From contig JAGVIE010000020.1 in the NCBI GenBank assembly GCA_020056225.1, forward strand, positions 6,331 to 70,330: a DNA stretch of 64,000 nt, read 5' to 3'. This stretch comes from Bacteroidota bacterium. Lineage in GTDB: Bacteria > Bacteroidota > Ignavibacteria > UBA10030 > SZUA-254. Below, one piece after another: positions 29,419 through 40,132 of this stretch; position 1 is the stretch's first letter; each line of letters starts with the position of its first letter. A model generated the notes under the pieces. That model was not told the origin of the DNA. It saw only the letters and a list, made by a program, of their open reading frames with translations, and did not search any database. A program made the translations under genes and the position numbers.

Positions 29419-29448
29419 GTAGATATTTATCTTTAAGTGATATGGTAA

Positions 29449-29495
29449 TGGGAAAGAAAAACCGAATTAGTCTTGTTTTTAAGACCGATTCGGTT
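29449..29495 (-). terminator. Rho-independent terminator candidate downstream of the 29540-30013 gene
   Basis: The stem is AACCGAAT-ta-GTCTT / AAGAC-cg-ATTCGGTT (29460-29495), 13 bp with a small internal mismatch and a 6-nt loop. On the minus-strand transcript it is followed by TTTTCTTTCCC. Confidence 0.55.
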
Positions 29496-29539
29496 GCCGT
29501 GAAAAATTCTTTTAAATATCGCGTAATATTCAATGCTCG

Positions 29540-30013
29540 CTATTCACCTTCACGATAAAACGGAGAAGCAGACCAAGGATTGTTCCAGCCGAAGTAATTC
29601 ATCGGCAGACGATTGTATTCGAATTTAACCATGAAATTTTCCCATGGTTTATAATTAAGTTGGGCGCGGCTAAGATAGACACCGCTCAACGCATTCTGAT
29701 AAGCAGATGGTCCATATGGTGAACCCTGTAAGGTTACGTCGAACCGTACATTTAATGGATCTGAAATTTTATAGAACATACTGTTGGTATATGATGCAAC
29801 CGATAGACCGGTTCCGCCTGACGATAAATAGCTCAATGAGAAATTATGCCGCATCATGAAATTATCCGGGTTAAGAAGACCGAGGAAACTATTAATACCA
29901 GTGGGTCTTACAAGCGATTGCGCTACACTTGGCTGCTCGCCCTGCGATTTGAATTGCGCGTAAGTAAAGGCAGATACGAGCAGAACCATCATCAATACTA
30001 AGCTTATTCTATT
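29540..30013 (-). CDS. Hypothetical small secreted/outer-membrane protein
   Basis: The track ORF runs to 30070. The signal peptide MNRISLVLMMVLLVSAFTYAQ begins at 30013. The protein is aromatic-rich and ends ...SPFYREGE. No recognisable family. Confidence 0.4.
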   Translation of the reverse strand, partial: NRISLVLMMVLLVSAFTYAQFKSQGEQPSVAQSLVRPTGINSFLGLLNPDNFMMRHNFSLSYLSSGGTGLSVASYTNSMFYKISDPLNVRFDVTLQGSPYGPSAYQNALSGVYLSRAQLNYKPWENFMVKFEYNRLPMNYFGWNNPWSASPFYREGE

Positions 30014-30074
30014 CATAATATTTTTCCAAACCTTCATAATAATTATACAGAAAAAGAGAGATATAATCAAACAA

Positions 30075-30845
30075 CTACGATGTTGCTTTAATCTCCATCA
30101 TTTTCTGAGCTTCTTCCAACTGCTTCAAATCGTTGATTCCCATAACTTCAACGGCATCAATCGCTTTGACGGCAGAAACACGCCAATTGTTTTTCCAGAA
30201 CAACTCAAAAACATCGGTGAGATAATATTCACCCTGCACATTATTCGGCTTCAATAACGGCAGACATTCAAATAGTTTCTCTTTATTAAACACATATATA
30301 CCGGAATTAATTTCCTTGATCGTTAATTCCTTCTTTGAGGCATCCTTATGCTCGACAATTTTTTTCACGCTGCCATCTTCATTGTGAACTATGCGTCCGT
30401 ATCCTGCCGGATCTTCTAATTCCGCAGTTAAAATCGTGGCAACAGCTTCACTCGTACGGTGGTAGCCGATGAGCGCTTTAGCGGTTTTTTCCGTTAATAG
30501 CGGAACATCGCCGGACAACACAAGAACATCTCCGACAAAATCTTTCAGCGGGTCTATTGTTTGGATAACGGCATGTCCCGTGCCGAGTTGTTCATTCTGC
30601 TCTACGAACTCAACCTTATAGTTTAATTTTGAAAAGTGTTCGATCACTAATTGTTTCTGCCACCCGATAATGAGCAGTGTACGATGCGCTTGAAGCCGGC
30701 TCGCTAATTCAACAACGTATTCTACCATCGGCTTATCGTTGATATCATACATTACTTTTGCCTTCTCGGGATTTTTCATCCGCGTGCCTTTTCCGGCAGC
30801 CATAATAGTAACCGCTAACATAGTTTGTTTTATAGGATCGGGCAT
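30075..30845 (-). CDS. Sugar-phosphate nucleotidyltransferase, a GlmU N-terminal-like domain without the acetyltransferase LβH domain
   Basis: 256 aa reading ...MAAGKGTRMKNPEKAKVMYDINDKPMVEYVV... and ...VEQNEQLGTGHAV.... These are pyrophosphorylase motifs as in the GlmU N-terminus. The protein stops after this domain. Confidence 0.65.
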   Translation of the reverse strand: MPDPIKQTMLAVTIMAAGKGTRMKNPEKAKVMYDINDKPMVEYVVELASRLQAHRTLLIIGWQKQLVIEHFSKLNYKVEFVEQNEQLGTGHAVIQTIDPLKDFVGDVLVLSGDVPLLTEKTAKALIGYHRTSEAVATILTAELEDPAGYGRIVHNEDGSVKKIVEHKDASKKELTIKEINSGIYVFNKEKLFECLPLLKPNNVQGEYYLTDVFELFWKNNWRVSAVKAIDAVEVMGINDLKQLEEAQKMMEIKATS

Positions 30846-30854
30846 GAATATATT

Positions 30855-31706
30855 TTATATTGTGAGAAGAATATTATCAATAAGCCGTGTTGTGCCGAAG
30901 CGAACGGCGAGCAAGATTAGTATGGAGTCATTCGGGCGAAGAACAGCGAGATCCTCAAGTGATGAGGCGTCTGTTATAGAGATGTAATCAATCTTCGCCG
31001 ACGGTTTAGATGTAATAAGTTTTGACATTTCAGAGATAATTATTGAACTATTTCGTTCACCATCATTAATAAGTTGCTGCGCTAACCGGATGGATTGATA
31101 AAGAACGGTACTGTCTTTCCGCTCCGTTGATGAAAGATACACGTTTCTGGAACTCATTGCAAGTCCGTCAGGTTCCCGAACGGTTGGACCGATGAATATC
31201 TTAATATCGAAATCCAAATCTTTCACCAATTTTTGAACGACAATCGCTTGTTGCGCATCTTTTTGACCGAAAACGACAATGTGGGGTTTGGTGATATTGA
31301 ATAATTTTACAACAACCGTGGTAACCCCGCGAAAATGAGTTGGTCTGAAATTCCCTTCAAGAACGTTGGTGATTTTTTCTACATCAACCACAGTGAGATT
31401 ACCGCCCGGATACATTTCCTCTTTCGACGGCACAAAAAGAATATCTGTTCCCACCGTCTCGGTAAGCTTTTTATCGCGTTCGAAATCACGCGGATATTTT
31501 TTATAGTCCTCTGTAGGACCGAATTGCATAGGATTTACAAATAGCGTAACAATAACAGCATCTGAATGTTCTCTGGCAATCCGAATCAGGCTGATGTGTC
31601 CCTCGTGCAAATATCCCATCGTAGGAACAACGCCTATGCTCTTACCGCTTTGCCGCAAATCATCGGCAACCTTCTGCATCTCAAGAATTGTCGTTATAAT
31701 TCTCAT
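30855..31706 (-). CDS. panC: Pantoate--beta-alanine ligase
   Basis: 283 aa reading ...IGVVPTMGYLHEGHISLIRIAREHSDAVIVTLFVNPMQFGP...VFGQKDAQQ.... Confidence 0.9.
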   Translation of the reverse strand: MRIITTILEMQKVADDLRQSGKSIGVVPTMGYLHEGHISLIRIAREHSDAVIVTLFVNPMQFGPTEDYKKYPRDFERDKKLTETVGTDILFVPSKEEMYPGGNLTVVDVEKITNVLEGNFRPTHFRGVTTVVVKLFNITKPHIVVFGQKDAQQAIVVQKLVKDLDFDIKIFIGPTVREPDGLAMSSRNVYLSSTERKDSTVLYQSIRLAQQLINDGERNSSIIISEMSKLITSKPSAKIDYISITDASSLEDLAVLRPNDSILILLAVRFGTTRLIDNILLTI

Positions 31707-33334
31707 TGGAAATTTATTTTCGCCTCAAACTTTATTGTTCTTCCCGGCGCAATATACCCGCTCCACCATTCATACTTATGATTGAGAAAATTATCAACTT
31801 CTAACGAAAGTACGGTTCGTGGAATAATATTTGATGCCGCGCCGGCATTTAATTGAAGAAGTTCGTCAAGAGTTTTACTCCCGGTCATTTCCACATTCTG
31901 TCTGCTCCAGAATTCAAGCGAAGACCATACTGCAAGCGGCAGATTAAGAGTCAGCTCGGCGCGTGCGGCGAGCTGAACGAGAGGAATCATCGGAAGCTGC
32001 CGGCTCTTACCATCTTCAAACGATGGTTGGATGACGCCGGTAAAAGTAAATCGGGTGTTATCTAACACATTCAGAGTGCCGGTTCCGCGCACGATAAACT
32101 GATCGGCATCAATAAAGGCAAGATAAAGCCTACCGCTGTCGGCAAGGGTTAAGCACTTGTCTGTGCTCTTTGCGAATGCACCATTGATCTCGAGAGAAAA
32201 TAACCCGCTGTTGAACCAGAATGTTCCACCTACGTTGAACCATTTTCTTTCCGGATGCAGAACGATCTCGCGAATGAGATACGGATTTTTTTGGGTATAA
32301 TCGCCATAGGATGCGAGATGCATCTCCGGCTTGAACCAAAGACTCATCGCACGGTCTTGCTCGAATTCCCACTTGAGAACTGCGAATGGAATGATCAGTG
32401 AATGACTGCTGCCGTCGCTGCCTGCGCCGCCCTGATATTCACCACCGATCAGCATATTCCAATTATCTCTAAGCCACCAGTTAGCTGCGGCAGAAATTCC
32501 AAACAAAGAAGGTGTTTGAGCCGGATGATCGTAATTGAGCGATGTGCTTAAATATGATATTTGTGTTTGAAGCTGGACATTGCTCACTTTTGTAGAATAA
32601 GAAGCTGTAAGCTCGGGAGATACTGCTGAGATTGATGAAGACAGCGCGGGCTGTTGATCTGAGAGAGACCAGATATTTGCCCGGAGATTAAAATCTAAAG
32701 CGCTTTCTTCGCGTTCCAATGAACCCAGCCGGCTGTCGAGCACAAGGTTTGTGCGTGAGCGGTCAATTAAACTGTTCTGAATTCCGAAAATTCCATATGT
32801 ATCGTGCATTAATTGTAATCCGCCGGATACTCGAAATGATTTCAGAATTTCATTGTCGGTTGAAACCAGTGAATGAGCATTCGCATCCATATAGAAAGAA
32901 TTTCCGGAAGCATGAGCAGTGTGTCCGTTCGTTGTCCGAAATCCTCCATTTCCGTAGATGCCCCACTTCTTTCCTTTATAATCTGCAAAAGCACGCATGT
33001 GACCCGTTGAAAAACTACCGAACGAGCCTTCCGCAGAGACATGCCACGGGATGAGCGGCTCCTCGTATCGCGGCAGGGAACCAACAGGAAAAGACATTTC
33101 TGGACGACTTTCTATTAAAGATGTATCGGGCGGTGATACCTCGTAAATGTCGATATCATAAATTTCACCTTTACGCGCGAACGGAAGTGTGATCGCTTTC
33201 TTCCCGACTATGGTGATCTCAGGAATTTCGAGCCTGGGCATCGTTGTAGTATCTACCCGAACCGGGTTATCCTGCGCTTCAGCCGCTGTCGTGATTATCA
33301 AAAAAAAGATTAATGAAATAAATATTATCCTCAT
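31703..33334 (-). CDS. Hypothetical outer-membrane β-barrel protein
   Basis: 543 aa with a signal peptide MRIIFISLIFFLIITTAAEAQ and amphipathic β-strand periodicity. The C-terminus ...KFEAKINFQ ends with an aromatic residue, which is typical of outer-membrane proteins. Confidence 0.45.
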   Translation of the reverse strand: MRIIFISLIFFLIITTAAEAQDNPVRVDTTTMPRLEIPEITIVGKKAITLPFARKGEIYDIDIYEVSPPDTSLIESRPEMSFPVGSLPRYEEPLIPWHVSAEGSFGSFSTGHMRAFADYKGKKWGIYGNGGFRTTNGHTAHASGNSFYMDANAHSLVSTDNEILKSFRVSGGLQLMHDTYGIFGIQNSLIDRSRTNLVLDSRLGSLEREESALDFNLRANIWSLSDQQPALSSSISAVSPELTASYSTKVSNVQLQTQISYLSTSLNYDHPAQTPSLFGISAAANWWLRDNWNMLIGGEYQGGAGSDGSSHSLIIPFAVLKWEFEQDRAMSLWFKPEMHLASYGDYTQKNPYLIREIVLHPERKWFNVGGTFWFNSGLFSLEINGAFAKSTDKCLTLADSGRLYLAFIDADQFIVRGTGTLNVLDNTRFTFTGVIQPSFEDGKSRQLPMIPLVQLAARAELTLNLPLAVWSSLEFWSRQNVEMTGSKTLDELLQLNAGAASNIIPRTVLSLEVDNFLNHKYEWWSGYIAPGRTIKFEAKINFQ

Positions 33335-36300
33335 CGGCGCAGCCTTTTCAATCGTACCTGAGCTTCTTTTTTTACAGCCGGATCAATCCCGGAATTCACC
33401 ACTTTTTCATATTCAGTGCGGGCTAATTTCATATTCTTCAGAAGTTCGTAACATTTACCGGAACCAAAGTGAGCACGTTCGGTTAGAAGTTTGAATTCCG
33501 TGTATTGTTCATATACATCCTTGAATGCCTGTAACGCATCTTGAAGTTTCCTGAGCGATAGATAATTTTCGCCGACCATAAGCAGCGCTTCGGCGGCGAG
33601 ATCGTCATTCCGTCGACCGATAAGATTGTTCAACGTATCGAGAGAAGCTTTGAATTCCCTCTTGCTAAAGTGCAAACGCGCAATCTGCAAACGGCTTCTA
33701 TCGGCAAAAATATCTTCAGGATATTTTTGAATTACGTTTTGAAATTTGATAAATGCCGGTTTTTTATCTTTCTGATCAAGAAGCGCGATACTGAGATTAA
33801 ATTCTGCCTCGGATAACAATGGTGAGTTGGGAAATCTCGCCTCGAAATTCTGCAATACACGTACAGCGTCAGTGAACTTGCCCGATTTAATATGAGACAG
33901 TCCCAGAGCAAGTGCTGCATTCTCGGCAAAATCAACTTCAGGGTAATCCGATAATATTTTTTCATAATAGACAGATGCTTGACTAGTATTGTTTTCCATC
34001 TCGAATGCACGCGCAAGCTGGTAATATGTTTTCGCCCGATCTGTCGGGTTCTGCTTCATTGATAAAAGTTTCCGGTATTCTATTACGGCTCCGCCGAAAT
34101 CTCCCTGACCGAAAAGGATGTCGCCTTTTTTCATCAGTAAATCTTCCTGACGAACTCCGGAGGCAGCTGAGCTGAGAAGAGTATCAATCTGCGCAATCGC
34201 GGCGGTAGGTTTACCTTCTGCTTCGTATGTGTATTGCAAACCCTGCAATGCATCGGCAACTAAAGGACTTGCCGGAAATTCTTTCGGGACCAGTTGATAA
34301 TATGCGCGCGCGCTGTCGTATTGGCGGAGATTATAGAAGGCATCACCCATATTAAATAGAACACGGGGCATCAACTGACTTTCCCGGTATCGATCAATTA
34401 ATGTTCGAAATTCAGTTATTGCTTGCTGATACTGGCTTTTCGAAAAGTACGTCCATCCGATATTGAATTGCACAACCTCATTGTAGAGCGAGGCAGGAAA
34501 CTGCGAGAGAAAATCACGAAGCCGCTCGATGCCGCGTTCTGTCTCCCCGCGCTGGATGTACGACATAGCGATTTGAAAAGCCGCATACTCGGCATATCGG
34601 CTGTTTTTCTGCAGATCGTTGATAGAATTATATAGAGCACTCGATTTTTCGTATTCACCCATAAAATAAAAGCAATCAGCCTGCCGCAGTGTCGCGTCCA
34701 CAACACGCTCGTTGTTCGGATATTGTTCTATGAAACGGTCGAATGACGCGGCTGCCTGCGAAAATTTCTTCTGCTCAAAAAGTGTCCACGCAACTCCATA
34801 CATCGCTTCAATCCGCTTTGGATTATTGGGAACTCGCCGCAATGCATCCGAGTATGAGCGTTCCGCTTCGGCATATTTTCCATCCTGATAAAGCGCTTCA
34901 CCTCTCCAGACGTACGCTTCCTGTGTGTGCTCATCCTTGGAAAATCGTTTGAGGAACTCTGCGAATAAATCTGCGCTGCTTTTAAATCTCCCCAAGTGAT
35001 AAAGACAAATACTTTCCTTAAACATGGAGGGGGCGAGCAAATCGGGTGAAGCATTTAGCTGGCGGACACGGCTAAACGCATATTGAGCATTCGAAAAATC
35101 GCCTAAAGCCACTTGCGTCTCGCCTAATATTCGATATGATCGTGCACGATTTTTCGATTCCGGGAAAAGTCTCGATGCCAGTTGGAATGATCGTCTCGCT
35201 TCAGTATAATGTTTCAACCGGTATTGTGCCATACCCATTTGATAGTATGCGTTTTCCGCGATGTCATCGTAAGGTGAGCGTTCAGTTAATGTATCGAAAC
35301 GCGCAATTGCATCAACAGGTTTATTCTGAAGAAGCGCTAAAACACCGCTCTTGAATAGAGCCGTAAACCCGAGCGAATCATTTCTAACGCCGAGAGAATC
35401 GAATTCCCTCTGTGCGGCGGCATAATCTCCATTCTTCATATATGACCATGCTAAACCGTATTGTGCTTTTCGGGAATATCGACTGTCAGGATGTTCTTTG
35501 AGAAAATTTTTATACTCAATCCCCGCGCTTTCAAACTGATTCATTCGCAGATCGGCTTCAGCATGAAGGAGTGAATATTCCTGTTTTTGATAATTCTGCG
35601 GTCTGATCTCATCAAGTAATTGCGCTGTACGATTCGGATCTCCTACACGAAGTGAAAGTGAAGCTAGCCGTATATTCACATCGCCAACCAGCTTACTCTT
35701 TGGAAAATCATTCAGCAGTTTCTCAAGCAGATTGATTGCCCTCAGATATTCGCCTCTTCGTTCCAGAGAGAGCGCCCAACCCATCAGGGCGATGTCGTGA
35801 TACTCCACCGAAGAAGAATCTTCAAAACAATTACTAACATCAGTTTCAGCCGTCTGCCAGTCACCCTTTTCCAATTTTGCCATTGCCCGCCAAAAAAAGC
35901 CCGCACCACGCATCGGGTGATCGATTCCATCTGAGATGAATTTATCAAGCGTCATGAGAGCGGCATCGGTTCTCTCCGTTTGAAAAGCGCTTACGCCATG
36001 AATAAACCGGGCTGTATTTACATTTCCGTCATTTGGGTATTCGGTCAAGAAATCACGCGACCACTGGAATGCGTTTTCATATTCTTGATCTTCAAACGCG
36101 CTTTGGAGAAGAACGAATAAAGCGTTGCGCTTGTCTTCCCGCGTGGTGAGAAACGGATAAAGCTGCTCCAATTCCTGCCGTGCAGAATGGTATCCCCTTG
36201 CCGACACCCATTCTTCCGCTTTCAATATTTTATTCGGTTGAATCGTTTGTTCGACTGCCGGAATCTGCGCACGCATTGATGCAGAGAGCAGAATAAATAT

Positions 36301-36378
36301 TCCAATCCCAAACGGGAGAATTTTTGATTTTGTTTTAGAGATCACTGACAAGTCGCTTTTACTCCGGTACAATATCAA
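33331..36378 (-). CDS. Large secreted tetratricopeptide-repeat protein
   Basis: 1015 aa with a signal-like N-terminus and more than 15 TPR/TPR-like units (W-LG-Y-A-F-P consensus positions repeated). It is translationally coupled to the OmpA-family gene upstream. Confidence 0.75.
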   Translation of the reverse strand: MILYRSKSDLSVISKTKSKILPFGIGIFILLSASMRAQIPAVEQTIQPNKILKAEEWVSARGYHSARQELEQLYPFLTTREDKRNALFVLLQSAFEDQEYENAFQWSRDFLTEYPNDGNVNTARFIHGVSAFQTERTDAALMTLDKFISDGIDHPMRGAGFFWRAMAKLEKGDWQTAETDVSNCFEDSSSVEYHDIALMGWALSLERRGEYLRAINLLEKLLNDFPKSKLVGDVNIRLASLSLRVGDPNRTAQLLDEIRPQNYQKQEYSLLHAEADLRMNQFESAGIEYKNFLKEHPDSRYSRKAQYGLAWSYMKNGDYAAAQREFDSLGVRNDSLGFTALFKSGVLALLQNKPVDAIARFDTLTERSPYDDIAENAYYQMGMAQYRLKHYTEARRSFQLASRLFPESKNRARSYRILGETQVALGDFSNAQYAFSRVRQLNASPDLLAPSMFKESICLYHLGRFKSSADLFAEFLKRFSKDEHTQEAYVWRGEALYQDGKYAEAERSYSDALRRVPNNPKRIEAMYGVAWTLFEQKKFSQAAASFDRFIEQYPNNERVVDATLRQADCFYFMGEYEKSSALYNSINDLQKNSRYAEYAAFQIAMSYIQRGETERGIERLRDFLSQFPASLYNEVVQFNIGWTYFSKSQYQQAITEFRTLIDRYRESQLMPRVLFNMGDAFYNLRQYDSARAYYQLVPKEFPASPLVADALQGLQYTYEAEGKPTAAIAQIDTLLSSAASGVRQEDLLMKKGDILFGQGDFGGAVIEYRKLLSMKQNPTDRAKTYYQLARAFEMENNTSQASVYYEKILSDYPEVDFAENAALALGLSHIKSGKFTDAVRVLQNFEARFPNSPLLSEAEFNLSIALLDQKDKKPAFIKFQNVIQKYPEDIFADRSRLQIARLHFSKREFKASLDTLNNLIGRRNDDLAAEALLMVGENYLSLRKLQDALQAFKDVYEQYTEFKLLTERAHFGSGKCYELLKNMKLARTEYEKVVNSGIDPAVKKEAQVRLKRLRR

Positions 36379-38251
36379 TTATTACGGTACGATTATAGAA
36401 CCGTTCTTCAGGCAAACGATTATCGAAGGGCGCTCGTCGAACATCTTCACCGAAACCGTAGGCATCGAATTTCACCTTGCGTTTTCCTGCTTTTACAAGG
36501 CTTTGCTCCAAAATATTCATTGTTTCATGTGCGCGATCTTGTGAAAGCTTTAAGTTGTGGCTTTCCTCTCCGATAATGTCGGTGTGTCCGTGGATGATCA
36601 CGCTGCTGCCGTCCGCTACAAGCGGCACGACCGTTCTTGCGAGAAATTTCTCATACGTTGCGACTGTCTTCGATTGATCGAACTCAAATAGTATGCTGAA
36701 GCGATAACCGGGGGCATCTTCCGGTTCATCTGAACGAACAAGTTTCATCGTTTCTTCTTTCTTTACAATCTGACCATCGCTGGTTTGCCCTTCAAGCTCA
36801 ACCTTGTACTGTCCTTTCATCTTGTCGCCAAGAATGGTCTTGCCGGAAATTCTTTCTTGTTTCGATGTAAAAGGACCAAAGCGATTTTCCTTCCCATTAT
36901 CGCCGGTAATAATAACTGACCATGATGCAAAGTAATCTTCGGCATTCTGTACATTGAAAAGTACATCGCTATCAAGCGGATCTTCCTGTAATGAAATAAT
37001 CTGAACAGGTTCGAGAAGTTCAGAAGATGTGCTTGAGATATCGACACGTCTGTCTTCGGGAACAACCAGCTCAAGTTCACGGGTGGCGCCCGGCAGTACC
37101 GATGGATTTGCCGGCTTTGAGGCTCCCGTGCAAATTACGCGCTCTGAATTAATGCCGAATATTTCGACGAGATATTTTTTCACTGCTGTTGCAAGCTCCT
37201 GTCCATCCGACTGTCCTTTTTCAGATGAACCGAAAAGGGTTACGCGTGCATCCTGAATTCTCCGCAACCGATCGCCAAGGATGTTCAGAGCGTTGTAATA
37301 AACTTTCATCTGTCGGCGTGAGCGGCCCGTCAAATCTTTCGGTTCCGGTTGTAATAATTGCTCCTCATTAAATCGGTCAGCTTGAACATTTGTAAGCTTG
37401 ATGTACCGGTCGGGGATCGTCGTTGAACCCTGATCGAAGAAAATGTAATTCCGCACAGGAAATGTTTCTTGTACTTTTCTTTCCTTAGGGATGATTTTCG
37501 GCGCGCGTATGGAAAATTGAACTTCGCGTTCCACCCGCGATTTAATTTCCTTTGTGTTGCCGAATTTTACTGCAACTCCGGCACGCAATGTAGTAAGCGA
37601 CCAGCTTTCAACTGAGCGCGGACCTTGCCCGAAGTGAAGCGCAAGAAACGGAGATGCTATAATTTGCCATTCTTTTTCCGGATCGCTCAAGGGGAATTCA
37701 TACCCCGCGCCCAACTGTGCGCCGATTGAAGTACCCCGTACATTATCAAAATCGGCGTCAGCATTCAAACCCGGTGATCGCTTGTGCGAAAACGATTTTG
37801 CTACATTGAATCCTAAACGGGGTCCCGCAAATAAATACAGCGGAAACTTGAACGGTGAATATCTGACACTCGGTTCAAGACTTAAGTAATTCATTGATGT
37901 GGAAAGGGAATACAGAGTATCGGGCACGGCACGGTCGGTGAACGTTCCTCCTCTTCCATCGAAACCAAAATATAACATTCCGCCCCATACCGGATCGGGA
38001 CGATATTCAATCATCGGCGAGAAGAATAAACCCACACCGGAACCCTTCGTGAACGATACCGGGAGAGAATTACCTGCGTTCAAATTTCTAAAATCACTGC
38101 TGTAAAAATTGAAGTTCATTCCTACTGCGCCGCCGAACCACCATTCAGGCTGGATGCGTTTAATCTCCTGAGCATGGATAGAAGCCGTAAAAATAAACAA
38201 AACTGTTAGAATCGAGAAGATTGAATTCAATCGCTTTCTTGGATATGACAT
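36359..38251 (-). CDS. OmpA-family outer-membrane protein (N-terminal β-barrel and C-terminal OmpA/MotB peptidoglycan-binding domain)
   Basis: 630 aa with a signal peptide. The C-terminus ...VIIHGHTDIIGEESHNLKLSQDRAHETMNIL... is an OmpA_C-like domain. Confidence 0.8.
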   Translation of the reverse strand: MSYPRKRLNSIFSILTVLFIFTASIHAQEIKRIQPEWWFGGAVGMNFNFYSSDFRNLNAGNSLPVSFTKGSGVGLFFSPMIEYRPDPVWGGMLYFGFDGRGGTFTDRAVPDTLYSLSTSMNYLSLEPSVRYSPFKFPLYLFAGPRLGFNVAKSFSHKRSPGLNADADFDNVRGTSIGAQLGAGYEFPLSDPEKEWQIIASPFLALHFGQGPRSVESWSLTTLRAGVAVKFGNTKEIKSRVEREVQFSIRAPKIIPKERKVQETFPVRNYIFFDQGSTTIPDRYIKLTNVQADRFNEEQLLQPEPKDLTGRSRRQMKVYYNALNILGDRLRRIQDARVTLFGSSEKGQSDGQELATAVKKYLVEIFGINSERVICTGASKPANPSVLPGATRELELVVPEDRRVDISSTSSELLEPVQIISLQEDPLDSDVLFNVQNAEDYFASWSVIITGDNGKENRFGPFTSKQERISGKTILGDKMKGQYKVELEGQTSDGQIVKKEETMKLVRSDEPEDAPGYRFSILFEFDQSKTVATYEKFLARTVVPLVADGSSVIIHGHTDIIGEESHNLKLSQDRAHETMNILEQSLVKAGKRKVKFDAYGFGEDVRRAPFDNRLPEERFYNRTVIIDIVPE

Positions 38252-38259
38252 ATTAGATA

Positions 38260-39027
38260 TTACTCCTTCTTTAAAACAAATTTAAATGTAATTTTACCCA
38301 TCTGTGATATTTGTTCCAACTGAAATGGAAGTGGTTCGAACCGCCAGGTATCAAGAGCTGACATTGCCGCTCGCTCTAAAAGTTCATCGGTTTTTCGAAT
38401 CGGCGTAATACCGCCGACCGAGCCATCGGGTAAAACGCTGAACTGCAGAGCGACCGACATTTGTTTATCGGTGCCATCCGGATATTTCGGTAAACGGCCG
38501 CTAAGTAGTCTTCGCGATCCCTTTCCTCCCCAATCGATGGAATAACCTTGTCCGGCTCCAATGCCGCCGCCGGATCCACCACCAGCGCCCCCGCCTGAAC
38601 CGGGTCCGGTTCCGCGTCGTATCCAGCGTGTCGGTAAATCTGCGGCAACAATTTGTTTCTGTTTTCGTTTCTTCAAAGATTTCGGTTTTGGCTCGTTTTT
38701 CTTTGGGATCGGGTTAACCGGCGCCAGATCGTCATACACATGTATTTGGATCAAATTAAATTCTGCTCCATAAAGATCGGTTCCCTGATCTTTTTTGCTC
38801 GCCAGTCCTTGAGGTCCAAATTGAATATCATCATCCTCTGCTCCTTCGCCGCCACCGCCTCCACTGCCGCCGAATTGGCTTTCATTGGCGGACAAATTTT
38901 GATTTCTGTCTTCGTGAATATACCACATCAATCCCGAAAGAACTATAAGATGGATTAAAAGACTTACCAACAATCCAATTATCTGATTTCGCCGAAGGTC
39001 TTTATATGAAAAGAACGACCTTCTCAT
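38260..39027 (-). CDS. TonB-family energy transducer candidate
   Basis: 255 aa with an N-terminal TM (IIGLLVSLLIHLIVLSGLMWYI) and Gly/Pro-rich linkers. The C-terminal domain ends ...MSALDTWRFEPLP...GKITFKFVLKKE (TonB_C-like). Confidence 0.6.
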   Translation of the reverse strand: MRRSFFSYKDLRRNQIIGLLVSLLIHLIVLSGLMWYIHEDRNQNLSANESQFGGSGGGGGEGAEDDDIQFGPQGLASKKDQGTDLYGAEFNLIQIHVYDDLAPVNPIPKKNEPKPKSLKKRKQKQIVAADLPTRWIRRGTGPGSGGGAGGGSGGGIGAGQGYSIDWGGKGSRRLLSGRLPKYPDGTDKQMSVALQFSVLPDGSVGGITPIRKTDELLERAAMSALDTWRFEPLPFQLEQISQMGKITFKFVLKKE

Positions 39028-39289
39028 GCTTTCAATTCCACATCTCCCCGTAGTTTTTTTGTGTCAGAATGAATTACTTGATGATGGATATTTCCGACCG
39101 AAGCAATTTCAGTATACAATGAGTTAAAATATTCCATGGGTAAAATAATTTCCGTTAATATAACATTATAGATAACTTACAGAGATTCTAATTACATAAG
39201 TTTGTATACGATGAAAATACAATTCTGTTAAGAGACGGTTAATCGAAATATCATCAGGCAGACTCCGAGGATAACCGGTTCTTTGTTGA

Positions 39290-40132
39290 TTACCGCGACA
39301 TCCATTTTAACAACTTCGCAACGGTTTCTTTCATTTCTTTGCGGTGCACTACGGCATCCACAAAGCCATGTTCAAGCTGGAATTCGGCGCGCTGGAATCC
39401 CGGCGGTAAATCTTTTCCGATTGTTTGCCGTATGACCCTTGGACCGGCAAACCCGATCAACGACCCGGGTTCTGCGAGATTTATATCTCCAAGCATCGCA
39501 TAACTTGCAGTTACCCCGCCGGTTGTAGGGTCGGTCATTACCGAAATATAGGGCATCCCTTCATCGGAAAGCTGCGCAAGCTTTGCGCTCGTCTTTGCCA
39601 ATTGCATCAGTGAAAAGGCGGCTTCCATCATTCGCGCACCGCCGCTGGAGGAAACGATCACTATCGGCATTTTTCCTTTTCTGGCTCGGTCGATTGCCCG
39701 CGCGATTTTTTCACCGACAACAGAACCCATCGATCCCCCGATAAAACTGAAATCCATCACCCCGACCACAACATCGACACCGCCAAGCGTTCCTGTCCCG
39801 GTCCGGATTGCATCGTTCAATCCTGTTTTCCTGATTGAGTCTTTTATTCGTTCTTTATAACTTTTTGAATCTTTAAACTCGAGCGGGTCTTTCGATCTCA
39901 TCTTACGGTCCATCTCCTTGAACGTCCCATCGTCCAAAAGCAGTTGAATATATTCTTTACTGCCGATGCGGAAATGGAAATTACATTTATTGCATGTATA
40001 AAATTGCTGTTCAAGCTGTTTGCGATGTATTATTTCTCCACAACCATCGCACTTAGCCCACATTCCGTCAGGGACGTCCTTTCTCTGGGGACCGCTCGTA
40101 ATGCTTGCTTTCGATCTGCGAAACCATGCCAT
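39290..40132 (-). CDS. accD: Acetyl-CoA carboxylase carboxyltransferase subunit beta
   Basis: 280 aa. The Zn-ribbon is [26 protein letters not shown], followed by the crotonase-fold carboxyltransferase domain. Confidence 0.9.
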   Translation of the reverse strand: MAWFRRSKASITSGPQRKDVPDGMWAKCDGCGEIIHRKQLEQQFYTCNKCNFHFRIGSKEYIQLLLDDGTFKEMDRKMRSKDPLEFKDSKSYKERIKDSIRKTGLNDAIRTGTGTLGGVDVVVGVMDFSFIGGSMGSVVGEKIARAIDRARKGKMPIVIVSSSGGARMMEAAFSLMQLAKTSAKLAQLSDEGMPYISVMTDPTTGGVTASYAMLGDINLAEPGSLIGFAGPRVIRQTIGKDLPPGFQRAEFQLEHGFVDAVVHRKEMKETVAKLLKWMSR

